This document shows positions 29,011-36,828 of a DNA stretch of 46,423 bases, piece by piece; positions within the stretch are counted from its first letter, which is position 1; each line of letters starts with the position of its first letter. The stretch lies in the UHGV virus genome UHGV-0336137; one strand, written 5' to 3'. Position numbers and translations under genes: made by a program. The notes below the pieces were generated by a model. That model saw only the letters and a list, made by a program, of their open reading frames with translations, was not told where the DNA came from and did no database searches. This stretch comes from a virus.

Positions 29011-29859
29011 TTATACCTCCAGCTTCACGCCAGGAATTTTACCTGCTGCGATGGCGTCGTACACGTCAAACCAGCAAGAGCCATAACCTGCCTTCTCATC
29101 AACTTTTCCATTACCTCCGCCTGCATCGCATAACGCCTGTACAGCATCATCGCGCTTCCGCTCTGCTTCTGAGAGGATGGGGCGGAAAATCCAGTTATTA
29201 TTTTGAAATTCTTCCGTGAAGTTGCCAATTTCAATTAGCCACGCGCCATTCTTCTCATTTATCGCTCTGTATGTACACCATGAGCGTCCGCCATCCACTG
29301 ACACTTCACACTCATAACCAACCGGCGGCAAGCCTTCGCCATTCCAAACCGGCGCGACACTATGCCCGACGCACTCATTCAGGTCGGCTTCGTCATCCGC
29401 TTTGGCCTGCTCTGCTTCCTGCGGCTGGTGCAGGCGGTAGGCGATGATGTTGGAATATGCCCATTCGTGCTCCCATGAATACTCACCAGCGGGGTATCCT
29501 GATTGCACATTTCCATTCTTAAATTTGACATCCACAGCTGTGTTTGTGCTAACTGGCGGGTGTTTGCCACCACCCCACTCAATCCAGCCGTCATCCTTCG
29601 CAGCCAGCGCGGCTTCGTACTGTTCGCGGGTGATGATGGCGGTTTCGTAGTCACTCGCCAAAACATCAGCAATGAAACAGTCAATTCTAGAACCATTAAG
29701 AAACCACCGATTAAAACTAACCTCAAATTTAGCAACGCATGGCTGGCATGTTGCCGGCATGATTTCTCTGTCGCGGTCCTGCGTGATGCAATTGGCACGC
29801 TCCGGCCATGACCATCCGTTTTCAATGGTTTCCTCAACCAAAATATCAATCAGCTTCAT
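29011..29859 (-). CDS. hypothetical protein (282 aa), moron
   Basis: opposite orientation inside the structural region; Trp/Cys-rich; no homology recognised. Confidence 0.4.
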   Translation of the reverse strand: MKLIDILVEETIENGWSWPERANCITQDRDREIMPATCQPCVAKFEVSFNRWFLNGSRIDCFIADVLASDYETAIITREQYEAALAAKDDGWIEWGGGKHPPVSTNTAVDVKFKNGNVQSGYPAGEYSWEHEWAYSNIIAYRLHQPQEAEQAKADDEADLNECVGHSVAPVWNGEGLPPVGYECEVSVDGGRSWCTYRAINEKNGAWLIEIGNFTEEFQNNNWIFRPILSEAERKRDDAVQALCDAGGGNGKVDEKAGYGSCWFDVYDAIAAGKIPGVKLEV

Positions 29860-29986
29860 TTCTTCTCTCCGTTATAAATGCTTTTCAGTTCGCCCATCAC
29901 ATTCAGCCATGCTGCATGCTCATCCATGCCGCGCATCACCAGCTTAACGTAGCGATTGCGAGCCTTAAACATCAGTAGCGGGCACA

Positions 29987-30277
29987 TTATTTGTCGCCCA
30001 CCGTTGACAGGCAGACTTCACGGGCGACAGCGGCCACTTCTTTCGGTGTCTTGTCTGTCATTTTGTATGCCCCATCAACGATGGCCTTGCTGAGTTGGTT
30101 AAATTCAGCGCTATACTGGCCTCCAAAAGAAACAATCAGCGCGAGCTGCTTTGATACGCCAGCATCACGGGCTTCTGCTGCCGCTTCACCGAACTCACCA
30201 ACTGCATTGCAAAACTCGCCAGCCGACGCACCAAGTGAAGCCATTGCGAATACTGCTGCTGCGATTAATTTTTTCAT
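29987..30277 (-). CDS. small secreted protein (moron)
   Basis: 96 aa; signal peptide MKKLIAAAVFAMASLGASA; AGGAGAG RBS; driven by the leftward promoter elements at 30300-30363. Confidence 0.45.
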   Translation of the reverse strand: MKKLIAAAVFAMASLGASAGEFCNAVGEFGEAAAEARDAGVSKQLALIVSFGGQYSAEFNQLSKAIVDGAYKMTDKTPKEVAAVAREVCLSTVGDK

Positions 30278-30289
30278 TTTTTACTCTCC

Positions 30290-30365
30290 TGTGTTTGTGT
30301 ATCTACATCATCGCTTACGATTCAATCTACGTCAAGACTATTGTGATAAAATAATCTGCATCACC
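30290..30365. promoter_or_regulatory. divergent promoter region: three element copies (TATCTACATCA 30300, AATCTACGTCA 30324, AATCTGCATCA 30353) and extended -10 TGATAAAAT (30344-30352) for the lysis operon
   Basis: between the secreted-protein gene (-) and the endolysin gene (+). Confidence 0.45.
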
Positions 30366-30375
30366 GGAGGTAAAA

Positions 30376-30810
30376 ATGAAACTATCGCAGCGTGGCATTG
30401 ATTTAATTAAACAATTCGAGGGTTACAGCTCGAAGGCATATCCAGACCCGGCAACTGGCGGAGCGCCGTGGACTATCGGATATGGCACAACCAATGGCGT
30501 TAAGCCAGGCATGGTTATCACCGCAGAGAAAGCTGAAAAGATGCTGCGTGACGACGTGGCAAAGTTTGAAAGCGGCGTCTCGTCACTCGTCACTGCCCCA
30601 ACCACTCAGGGCCAGTTTGATGCAATGGTGTCGCTGGCCTACAACATTGGCCTTGGTAACTTTGGTAAATCAACTCTGCTGAAAAAGCATAATGCCCGCT
30701 GCTACACCTGCGCCGCCGACCAGTTCCGGGTATGGAATCGCGCCAATGGCAAGGTCATGAACGGACTCACAAAGCGCCGCGCAGCTGAACGTCAGGTCTA
30801 CATGTCATGA
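30376..30810 (+). CDS. endolysin, phage lysozyme (GH24, T4/lambda-R type)
   Basis: MKLSQRGIDLIKQFEGY...YPDPATGG..WTIGYGTT canonical lysozyme motif with catalytic Glu; GGAGG RBS. Confidence 0.85.
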   Translation: MKLSQRGIDLIKQFEGYSSKAYPDPATGGAPWTIGYGTTNGVKPGMVITAEKAEKMLRDDVAKFESGVSSLVTAPTTQGQFDAMVSLAYNIGLGNFGKSTLLKKHNARCYTCAADQFRVWNRANGKVMNGLTKRRAAERQVYMS

Positions 30811-31052
30811 TGCGCCTAACTAACTGGCTTATCGGTATCTGGATGGCAATATGCTCTGCCCTCCAGGTATTCCCTGATGTGGCGATGCAGGTCTGGATGA
30901 TGATGCCTGACGACCTCAAGAGCGCATTGCCACCATTTACGGTTAAGGCAATCAGCTACTCCGTGCTGGTCATCTCCATGCTTGCGAAGATGCGCGGCAT
31001 GAAGAAAGAGAATAAGGCGCTGAAAAATGATTCTGCAAATCCTCAAGGCTAA
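30807..31052 (+). CDS. putative holin (two TM segments, charged C-terminus)
   Basis: 81 aa, ATGA-coupled to the endolysin; hydrophobic stretches WLIGIWMAICSALQVF and AISYSVLVISMLAKM; basic tail. Confidence 0.45.
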   Translation: MMRLTNWLIGIWMAICSALQVFPDVAMQVWMMMPDDLKSALPPFTVKAISYSVLVISMLAKMRGMKKENKALKNDSANPQG

Positions 31053-31521
31053 ATGGAAAGTTGTTGCCGCTATCATTGGCGTCGCACTTCTGGCTCTGAT
31101 TGTCTACGGAAAGTGGGTCAATTACGGGAAGGAGAAATATCACTCTGGATATCTGGCCGCCGTAGAGGCGCAGAAGGTCAAAGACAAAGAGGCAAGCGAA
31201 CGGCATGAGCAAGACAAAAAGACCATCGAGCAGGAAGCGCAAAACCGCATTGATGCCGCGCGTGCTGATGCTTCCGCTGCTGCTGTTAAGTCTGGCAGGT
31301 TGCAGCAACAGCTCGCCACAATCAGAAAGCAGCTCCTCGATTATTCCGGAACTGAGTCCATTGGCAATCCAGCCGCCAGTACCGGAGTTTTGCTCTCCCA
31401 ACTGCTCAGCGAATCTGTCGAAAGAAATCGACAACTGGCAGAATATGCTGACTCAGCAAGAGAAGCAGGATTGACTTGTCAGGCACAATACAATTCCCTG
31501 CGCAACAAAAAAGCCCCGTAA
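31027..31521 (+). CDS. i-spanin (Rz-like)
   Basis: N-terminal TM (VVAAIIGVALLALIVYG) followed by coiled-coil periplasmic domain; directly after endolysin/holin. Confidence 0.6.
   Translation: MILQILKAKWKVVAAIIGVALLALIVYGKWVNYGKEKYHSGYLAAVEAQKVKDKEASERHEQDKKTIEQEAQNRIDAARADASAAAVKSGRLQQQLATIRKQLLDYSGTESIGNPAASTGVLLSQLLSESVERNRQLAEYADSAREAGLTCQAQYNSLRNKKAP
31253..31474 (+). CDS. o-spanin (Rz1-like lipoprotein) embedded in the +1 frame of the i-spanin gene
   Basis: lipobox LSLAGC followed by a Pro/Ser-rich mature region; entirely within 31027..31521; start ATG uncertain (31205/31253/31268). Confidence 0.55.
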   Translation: MPRVLMLPLLLLSLAGCSNSSPQSESSSSIIPELSPLAIQPPVPEFCSPNCSANLSKEIDNWQNMLTQQEKQD

Positions 31522-31531
31522 GGGGCTTTGC
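31507..31531. terminator. bidirectional rho-independent terminator
   Basis: AAAAAGCCCC-GTAA-GGGGCTTTG; the i-spanin stop sits in the loop. Confidence 0.55.
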
Positions 31532-31544
31532 TTGGCTTGGTAGA

Positions 31545-31760
31545 CTAAACAACGAAGCCGATATTTTCGCCGTCGAGTTTTGCGGCAATTTCAACCTCAA
31601 TAATCATGGTGGCAATCTTTCCTCTCGATTGCGTGCTGGTGTCAGTTTTCACCACGCCGCCAACAATTCTTCCATCCTGGTCTACCACTTGCAGGCGCCC
31701 GTCAATAATCTCCTGATGTAGCCAGATTTTCCCAGGGTCTTTCGCTGCTTGTACTGTCAT
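31545..31760 (-). CDS. hypothetical protein (71 aa)
   Basis: last gene of a four-gene minus-strand operon with 4-nt overlaps. Confidence 0.4.
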   Translation of the reverse strand: MTVQAAKDPGKIWLHQEIIDGRLQVVDQDGRIVGGVVKTDTSTQSRGKIATMIIEVEIAAKLDGENIGFVV

Positions 31761-31981
31761 TTTAAATCCTCATAGAGTGGTTTCATTTCATAGCCAAACA
31801 TTACCGCGTTCTGATGCTCAACACTACCAGCAAACGCCAGATAGCGGCGACCACGATTGCTGGTGATGATGTAGGCTGCTGGTTCTGCAAGCCTCGGGAC
31901 ATGATAATCTCGCCGGGCAGGTTCGTGTAACTCTACCATGTCATTTTCAATGCGTAGCGCGGGGTCTTGCGTTGCCATCAC
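31757..31981 (-). CDS. hypothetical protein (74 aa)
   Basis: ATGA-coupled operon member. Confidence 0.4.
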   Translation of the reverse strand: MMATQDPALRIENDMVELHEPARRDYHVPRLAEPAAYIITSNRGRRYLAFAGSVEHQNAVMFGYEMKPLYEDLK

Positions 31982-32451
31982 TTTACCTCCCCGCTTAGCT
32001 CATTAACAATTAATGTTGCATAGCCAGCAATGTCTTTCCAGCTATCGTCGTATGTCGGGTCGCCATTCAGGATTCTACCGATTTTATGCTGAATCATGTC
32101 CAGCGCCTCACGTTGGCTTGGGGTGAGGTTATGCCACCCGTCAACCTCGTGCATGACGAATTTCAACTCCTGCATGATGGCTGCGCCGTCTTTGAATTTC
32201 CCGTAGCGGCTGCCGCGCTCGGTGATAAGGGCTTCTGTGGAACTGGTGCGCCCATTCAAGTCATCATCAGTTACTGGCTCACGATGGGCGATAACAATAT
32301 CGCCAGCCTTTTCGATATCCTTATCTCGCCCTGCGTAATCCAAGCCAAGATGGTATACCCTGCCACTGATCGCTGACTTCACAACAAGAATGGCGCCAGG
32401 ATGGTCGTAAAAATCCGCTTCACTTCCTTTATGGTATTTGTATTTCATCAC
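31978..32451 (-). CDS. hypothetical protein; C-terminal half possibly all-alpha NTP-pyrophosphohydrolase (MazG/HisE-like)
   Basis: ..TPSQREALDMIQHKIGRIL...DSWKDIAGYATLIVNEL.. resembles the paired acidic helices of MazG-like domains; weak assignment. Confidence 0.35.
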   Translation of the reverse strand: MMKYKYHKGSEADFYDHPGAILVVKSAISGRVYHLGLDYAGRDKDIEKAGDIVIAHREPVTDDDLNGRTSSTEALITERGSRYGKFKDGAAIMQELKFVMHEVDGWHNLTPSQREALDMIQHKIGRILNGDPTYDDSWKDIAGYATLIVNELSGEVK

Positions 32452-32648
32452 TCACCTCTCAACGTAACTTTGTTTTTCTCATCCACGCTGAAGTGTTCGC
32501 GCACAAACGCATACATTTCTTCAGCACTCCATTCACGCATTGCTACATAGCAGTGCGCGTAATATCTGACATCTCGCAGGCTTAACGGCTGGCGCTTAGC
32601 GATAATCTCAGTCAGTACTTCCAGTGGTTCTTTGCGTTGTCTCGCCAT
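32448..32648 (-). CDS. hypothetical protein (66 aa)
   Basis: first gene of the minus operon; AGGAGAG RBS. Confidence 0.4.
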   Translation of the reverse strand: MARQRKEPLEVLTEIIAKRQPLSLRDVRYYAHCYVAMREWSAEEMYAFVREHFSVDEKNKVTLRGE

Positions 32649-32654
32649 TGTCGC

Positions 32655-32740
32655 TCTCCTGTGAAAATCATCTTGACGAATCTACGTCAATTAGTCAATA
32701 CTTGCTGGTGTAGATTGTAACATAAATAGATAAGGTGGTG
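32655..32740. promoter_or_regulatory. symmetric divergent promoter: AATCTACGTCA (about 32679-32689) and inverted copy TGGTGTAGATT (about 32706-32716), each positioned so the other copy's TAGATT falls about 33 nt downstream
   Basis: 96-bp intergenic region between genes starting at 32648 (-) and 32745 (+); TTGACG box at 32674. Confidence 0.5.
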
Positions 32741-32744
32741 TGGA

Positions 32745-32960
32745 ATGAAAAAGTGGCAGGAGGTGACAGAAGTTCATAAGCGCGATTGCAGGGAGACTCT
32801 GCAAATGCTTAATGTGCCAGAGTCAATCATTAAATCTATCGAGCAGCGCATTGATCTGGCTGCTATGGAGGCCGCCCATGAAGCCGAGGAAGCGCAAATG
32901 TTGTCATGGATGGACAGAACTCTACCGGGCGTTTTACATCGTGGTAAGACTACCGATTGA
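32745..32960 (+). CDS. hypothetical early protein (71 aa)
   Basis: AAGGTGG RBS. Confidence 0.4.
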   Translation: MKKWQEVTEVHKRDCRETLQMLNVPESIIKSIEQRIDLAAMEAAHEAEEAQMLSWMDRTLPGVLHRGKTTD

Positions 32961-33043
32961 AGATGATGACGGGTATCTGCACAACCATAGTCAGCTGCTC
33001 AAATATTATGGCGTTCACTACAAAGTGCTGATGGAGAGAAAAA

Positions 33044-33235
33044 ATGAATACTGATCAGGTGTACGAAAAAGAGTTGTTGAACAAGCTGGAGGAACTCGAC
33101 CGTACTCGCGCCTGGGTTGAAAGCGAATTGCGCGAAGTTCGCAACCGCATGCAGCGGCAGGTTAATCGCGAAATTATCGAATGGCGCGAAGGGCGCCCGC
33201 ATTTCAGCAATATTGGTGAATGGGTGGCGAAATGA
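33044..33235 (+). CDS. hypothetical coiled-coil protein (63 aa)
   Basis: GGAGAG RBS; charged heptad-like sequence. Confidence 0.4.
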   Translation: MNTDQVYEKELLNKLEELDRTRAWVESELREVRNRMQRQVNREIIEWREGRPHFSNIGEWVAK

Positions 33236-33456
33236 GCAGGGCCAGCACGTTGCTTCAGTTAATAATGGCTGATGTCAGGGAGGATAATGCAAGGCATGAG
33301 TGGCAGAAAAACCAGCCTGACCGCCGAACATTGAAACAGATGCTACGCGCCAGTTTCGGGCGACCTGGCATAAAGCGCGATTATCGCAGGGATAGGGTGC
33401 TGAGAAAGCTATGCAACATTCAGGTTAAATACATGATGGAAAAGGTGGCCAAATGA
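33232..33456 (+). CDS. hypothetical basic protein (74 aa)
   Basis: ATGA-coupled; start moved to MSRAST (GGTGG RBS). Confidence 0.35.
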   Translation: MSRASTLLQLIMADVREDNARHEWQKNQPDRRTLKQMLRASFGRPGIKRDYRRDRVLRKLCNIQVKYMMEKVAK

Positions 33457-33689
33457 AACCAATGATGAGCAGTAGTGGATTACTTGAGTGCCGTGATTGC
33501 GGGAGCCTTAATATTTTTGCTTGCGTAAATGATTCCAAGTGGATTATTGAGTGCAATGATTGCGGAAAGAAAGGTGATAAGTACGTCCGCCTTTGCTCTG
33601 CTGTAAGGTCATGGAATACCAGAAATGGCTTCCTATATACAGTTAGCGACTACAAACAGGATGCACTGGAGCGCGCAAATGGACTTTAA
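33453..33689 (+). CDS. Lar-like restriction alleviation protein (zinc ribbon)
   Basis: 78 aa; CRDCGS...C...CNDCGKKGDKY...AVRSWNTRNG matches the Lar family CxxC...CxxC plus WNTR signature; AAAGGTGG RBS. Confidence 0.55.
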   Translation: MKPMMSSSGLLECRDCGSLNIFACVNDSKWIIECNDCGKKGDKYVRLCSAVRSWNTRNGFLYTVSDYKQDALERANGL

Positions 33690-34149
33690 AACGCAAATAC
33701 TAACGGTGATAGAGCGCTGCGGCGGCGCAACCAATGCCATGATACGCAAGCAGACTGGCATGACAAACCGAGCCAGCGTTACAGGTTATCTGATTGAGCT
33801 GGAGGGTATGGGATTTATTATTAAAGAGGAAAGCGTCAGCTATGGCAGGCGCTGCTTTAAGTATTTCCTCAATCCCGATAATACTGCGCTTGACCTGGCA
33901 ATTCAGACCTATCTTGAGGCGAACCCGGGACGCAAGAGCAAGCAGATAGCAGGGGCTGTAGGCGTCAATTACACCATCCTCAAGGCACGCATGCGCTATC
34001 TGGCAAGCATTGGTCAGGTTGACCGCGAAATGCTTCCCGGCGGAGCGTGGAAATATTACTGGCAGGAGGTCATTCCGTTTGGCATGAACCGTGACAGGAT
34101 GATGTTTGAAAAGCTGCTTGCCGGGGCGCGTCAGTCATGTGGGCGGTAA
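33679..34149 (+). CDS. tandem winged-helix DNA-binding protein
   Basis: two wHTH-like repeats (..ILTVIERCGGATNAMIRKQTGMTNRASVTGYLIELEGMGFI.. and ..AIQTYLEANPGRKSKQIAGAVGVNYTILKARMRYLASIGQV..); GGAG RBS. Confidence 0.45.
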   Translation: MDFKTQILTVIERCGGATNAMIRKQTGMTNRASVTGYLIELEGMGFIIKEESVSYGRRCFKYFLNPDNTALDLAIQTYLEANPGRKSKQIAGAVGVNYTILKARMRYLASIGQVDREMLPGGAWKYYWQEVIPFGMNRDRMMFEKLLAGARQSCGR

Positions 34150-34427
34150 AGCATAAATCAGGAACCGTGCTGTTTGTCACCAACCGTGAACGCACGGCCA
34201 ATAATCGCAGAGAGATGGGGTGGATAGTGGAGGAAGTGGATGTGAGCAAACCAAAAAGCGCATTAATTAAAATTACATGGCATGACGACACGGTTAGCCA
34301 GTGGCATGCAGATTCATTCAGAGAGGGTGAGCACTCCATTGAAATGAATATTGGTGGATGCATCGTTTGCATCCCCTGGGGGTTATACAAAGATGGCGAA
34401 GTTAAACATTTGGATGTGGAGTCGTAA
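34137..34427 (+). CDS. hypothetical protein (96 aa)
   Basis: operon member, overlapping start. Confidence 0.35.
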   Translation: MWAVKHKSGTVLFVTNRERTANNRREMGWIVEEVDVSKPKSALIKITWHDDTVSQWHADSFREGEHSIEMNIGGCIVCIPWGLYKDGEVKHLDVES

Positions 34428-34772
34428 ATGAAACTACAACTTAGCGAAATAATGGAAGCAACAGTCAGTGAACTGGAGGATATCGACATGACGCTTGCCT
34501 TTGAGATTGAGGCTATTGAGCGCCAGCTTTCCGGGAATCATGATGCGGGCAGAGTATGGAAGGAGAAGGCAATGAAAGCGCGCGACCATATGAAGCGCAC
34601 CCGCGCGCTGGTTCGCACTCGCCTTGATAAGCTCTACTACGGCGAAGAAAGAATGTTGCACGGCGCCATTCTGGCTGAAATCCGCAAAACGATGCCTGTC
34701 GGGAAATTCATGGATGCCGTAAACCGCGCAAAAGTTAACTGCGGAATGTTAAATAAGAATAGTCCTCAATAA
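34428..34772 (+). CDS. hypothetical protein (114 aa)
   Basis: operon member; helical, charged. Confidence 0.4.
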   Translation: MKLQLSEIMEATVSELEDIDMTLAFEIEAIERQLSGNHDAGRVWKEKAMKARDHMKRTRALVRTRLDKLYYGEERMLHGAILAEIRKTMPVGKFMDAVNRAKVNCGMLNKNSPQ

Positions 34773-34816
34773 ATTCTCTTCCGTGGCTGTTACCTTGCAT
34801 TCAGGAGGTAGCAGCC

Positions 34817-34939
34817 ATGCCAATCATACTGATATCATTCTTTGCTACTCTTTTCGCTTTTACCGCATCTCCGCTTTACCTTCTCGCGTCCGTTTCGTGG
34901 TGCATATTCATGGTGTGTTATAATCCGGGCATAAAGTAA
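34817..34939 (+). CDS. 40-aa hydrophobic membrane peptide
   Basis: AGGAGG RBS 8 nt upstream of ATG; MPIILISFFATLFAFTASPLYLLASVSWCIFMVCYNPGIK; overlaps the TGTTATAAT promoter of the head operon. Confidence 0.3.
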   Translation: MPIILISFFATLFAFTASPLYLLASVSWCIFMVCYNPGIK

Positions 34940-34954
34940 GCGCGGAGAAAGGTC

Positions 34955-36355
34955 ATGATTGTCAAAATTGGCGACAAGTGGGTCGTTAAATCTAAGGATG
35001 GCTCGCACCAGTTTGGCGAGTACGACACCGAAGAGGCGGCGAAAAAGCGCCTTGCTGAGGTTGAGGCATTCAAGCACATGAATAATAAATTACAGGTTAA
35101 CATCCTGTATACCATCAATTCGGCCAGCAACATCAGTGAAAAAATCATTGATGGCGACCAGCACTACGTCATCAAGAATGTCGTGCCGGTGGTAGATGAT
35201 ATTGTCATGAATGGCGGTCTGTACCCTGGCGATGAGATTAAAAAATCATTCCATGGGCTTGACGGGAAACCAGCGCCGTATGACCACCCGAAGATTGACG
35301 GTAAATATGTGTCGGCCAACATGACGCGAGCGGCCAATCAGTTCAGTGTTGGTGCATGGATTGAGAACTCATCTCATGACGGCAGCAAGGCGCTGGTAGA
35401 CCTTTATATTAACAAGGTGGTAGCTGAGCGATCTGATAAAGGCAGGGAGTTACTATCGCGTATTGATGGACTCAAAATTAACAGCGCCGATGCTGAACCT
35501 GTTCAGGTGTCTACCGGTCTGTTACTCAACCGCGAGCAGGCATCAGGAACCTCTAAGGGTAAAAAATATTCCTGGATTGCCCGAAAAATGGAGTGGGACC
35601 ACCTCGCCATTCTTCCTCCAGGGGTCCCAGGGGCTGGAACACCAGAAGATGGTGTTGGCATTTTTGCCACCAATGGCGAAGACATTGAGCGCGTCGTGGT
35701 TAACCTTGAGGAATCGGCTATTCCAGACGAAAGTGCAAACAAAATCAAATGGTGGCAGCGCGCCATCAATCGCCTGACTGGCAATCAGCTATCATTCACT
35801 GATATTACCGAGCAGCTCCGCAATATCATCAAGGCAGAGACTCAGGCTGATGTATGGCCCTATATCGTCGCCGTTTATGATAATTACTTCGGCGTTGAGA
35901 TTGACGGCACCATTTATATGCAGTCCTACATCGTCCGTGAGGATATGGTAGAATTAGTCGGTGAACGGGTTAAGGCTGTTTATAAGACAGAGCTTGAACC
36001 GGTAAAAACAACTCAAGGGGAAATCTCAATGACTAACGAGGAATTACAGGCTGCATTAGCCGATGCCCTCAAACCGGTTCAGGAATCGTTGACCGCAGTC
36101 AACCAGAAACTGGCCGATGTGGAGGCGCAAAACAAAACCCTACGCGACCAGCTGCAAGCCAATGCCGCACAGGAAGAAACCGCAATGCGCGCCGCCATTA
36201 TGGCTGAGCTGAAGTTGCCGGAATCTGCTGTTAATGCGCTGACTGGCGAAGCACTGCGTGAAACCTATGCACTCACCAGTAAAGCGGCTCCGATTTCCGG
36301 CGGGTTCCAGCCGAACCGCGCCGAAGAAGATTTTGATATGGAGGCACCTGAATAA
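34955..36355 (+). CDS. prohead protease / scaffold fusion protein (putative)
   Basis: 466 aa directly upstream of decoration and capsid genes; C-terminal third is coiled-coil (scaffold-like); extended -10 TGTTATAAT and GGAGAAAGG RBS upstream. Confidence 0.5.
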   Translation: MIVKIGDKWVVKSKDGSHQFGEYDTEEAAKKRLAEVEAFKHMNNKLQVNILYTINSASNISEKIIDGDQHYVIKNVVPVVDDIVMNGGLYPGDEIKKSFHGLDGKPAPYDHPKIDGKYVSANMTRAANQFSVGAWIENSSHDGSKALVDLYINKVVAERSDKGRELLSRIDGLKINSADAEPVQVSTGLLLNREQASGTSKGKKYSWIARKMEWDHLAILPPGVPGAGTPEDGVGIFATNGEDIERVVVNLEESAIPDESANKIKWWQRAINRLTGNQLSFTDITEQLRNIIKAETQADVWPYIVAVYDNYFGVEIDGTIYMQSYIVREDMVELVGERVKAVYKTELEPVKTTQGEISMTNEELQAALADALKPVQESLTAVNQKLADVEAQNKTLRDQLQANAAQEETAMRAAIMAELKLPESAVNALTGEALRETYALTSKAAPISGGFQPNRAEEDFDMEAPE

Positions 36356-36828
36356 TGGCTACTATCCGTTATGGCACCATCATCGGCGGCCCGGCCCGCA
36401 AAAATGACCCGCAGATTCGTGAAGGCATCATGAAGGCAGCGTTGAAGCCGGGCGCACTGGTTGACTTCGATACTGCCGATGACAAAATCATCGCACACGC
36501 TACCGCTGGTGGTCAGGGTTTCCCTTATGTGCTCCAGCATAACTACCTCGGTGGTGGTGATGTATCTGAAGATGTTCCCGCTGGCGCTACTGGCATGGCT
36601 GTGCAGTGTGAATTTGGCGTCACCTATCACGCACTGGTTGCTAAAAACTCCCAATTGAAGAAAGGCACTCCGCTGGCAAGTGATGGCACTGGTGCGCTGA
36701 AAGTTGCCGCTAATAAGGAAAATATCCTGTTCTATTCCGATGAAACTTATACCGTTGCCTCTGATGGCGCTGAGCTGGTTGCAGTTCGTCGCGCTGGCAA
36801 TGCTTCCATTCCTGCTGGAGAAGTGTAA
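36355..36828 (+). CDS. head decoration protein (putative)
   Basis: 157 aa between scaffold and major capsid gene (lambda D position); TAATG coupling. Confidence 0.5.
   Translation: MATIRYGTIIGGPARKNDPQIREGIMKAALKPGALVDFDTADDKIIAHATAGGQGFPYVLQHNYLGGGDVSEDVPAGATGMAVQCEFGVTYHALVAKNSQLKKGTPLASDGTGALKVAANKENILFYSDETYTVASDGAELVAVRRAGNASIPAGEV

Noticed and set aside
32812-33054. 80-aa alternate-frame ORF bridging 32745..32960 and 33044..33235
   Set aside because: Both flanking ORFs have strong RBSs (AAGGTGG, GGAGAG). The bridging frame lacks one and would disrupt the coupling.
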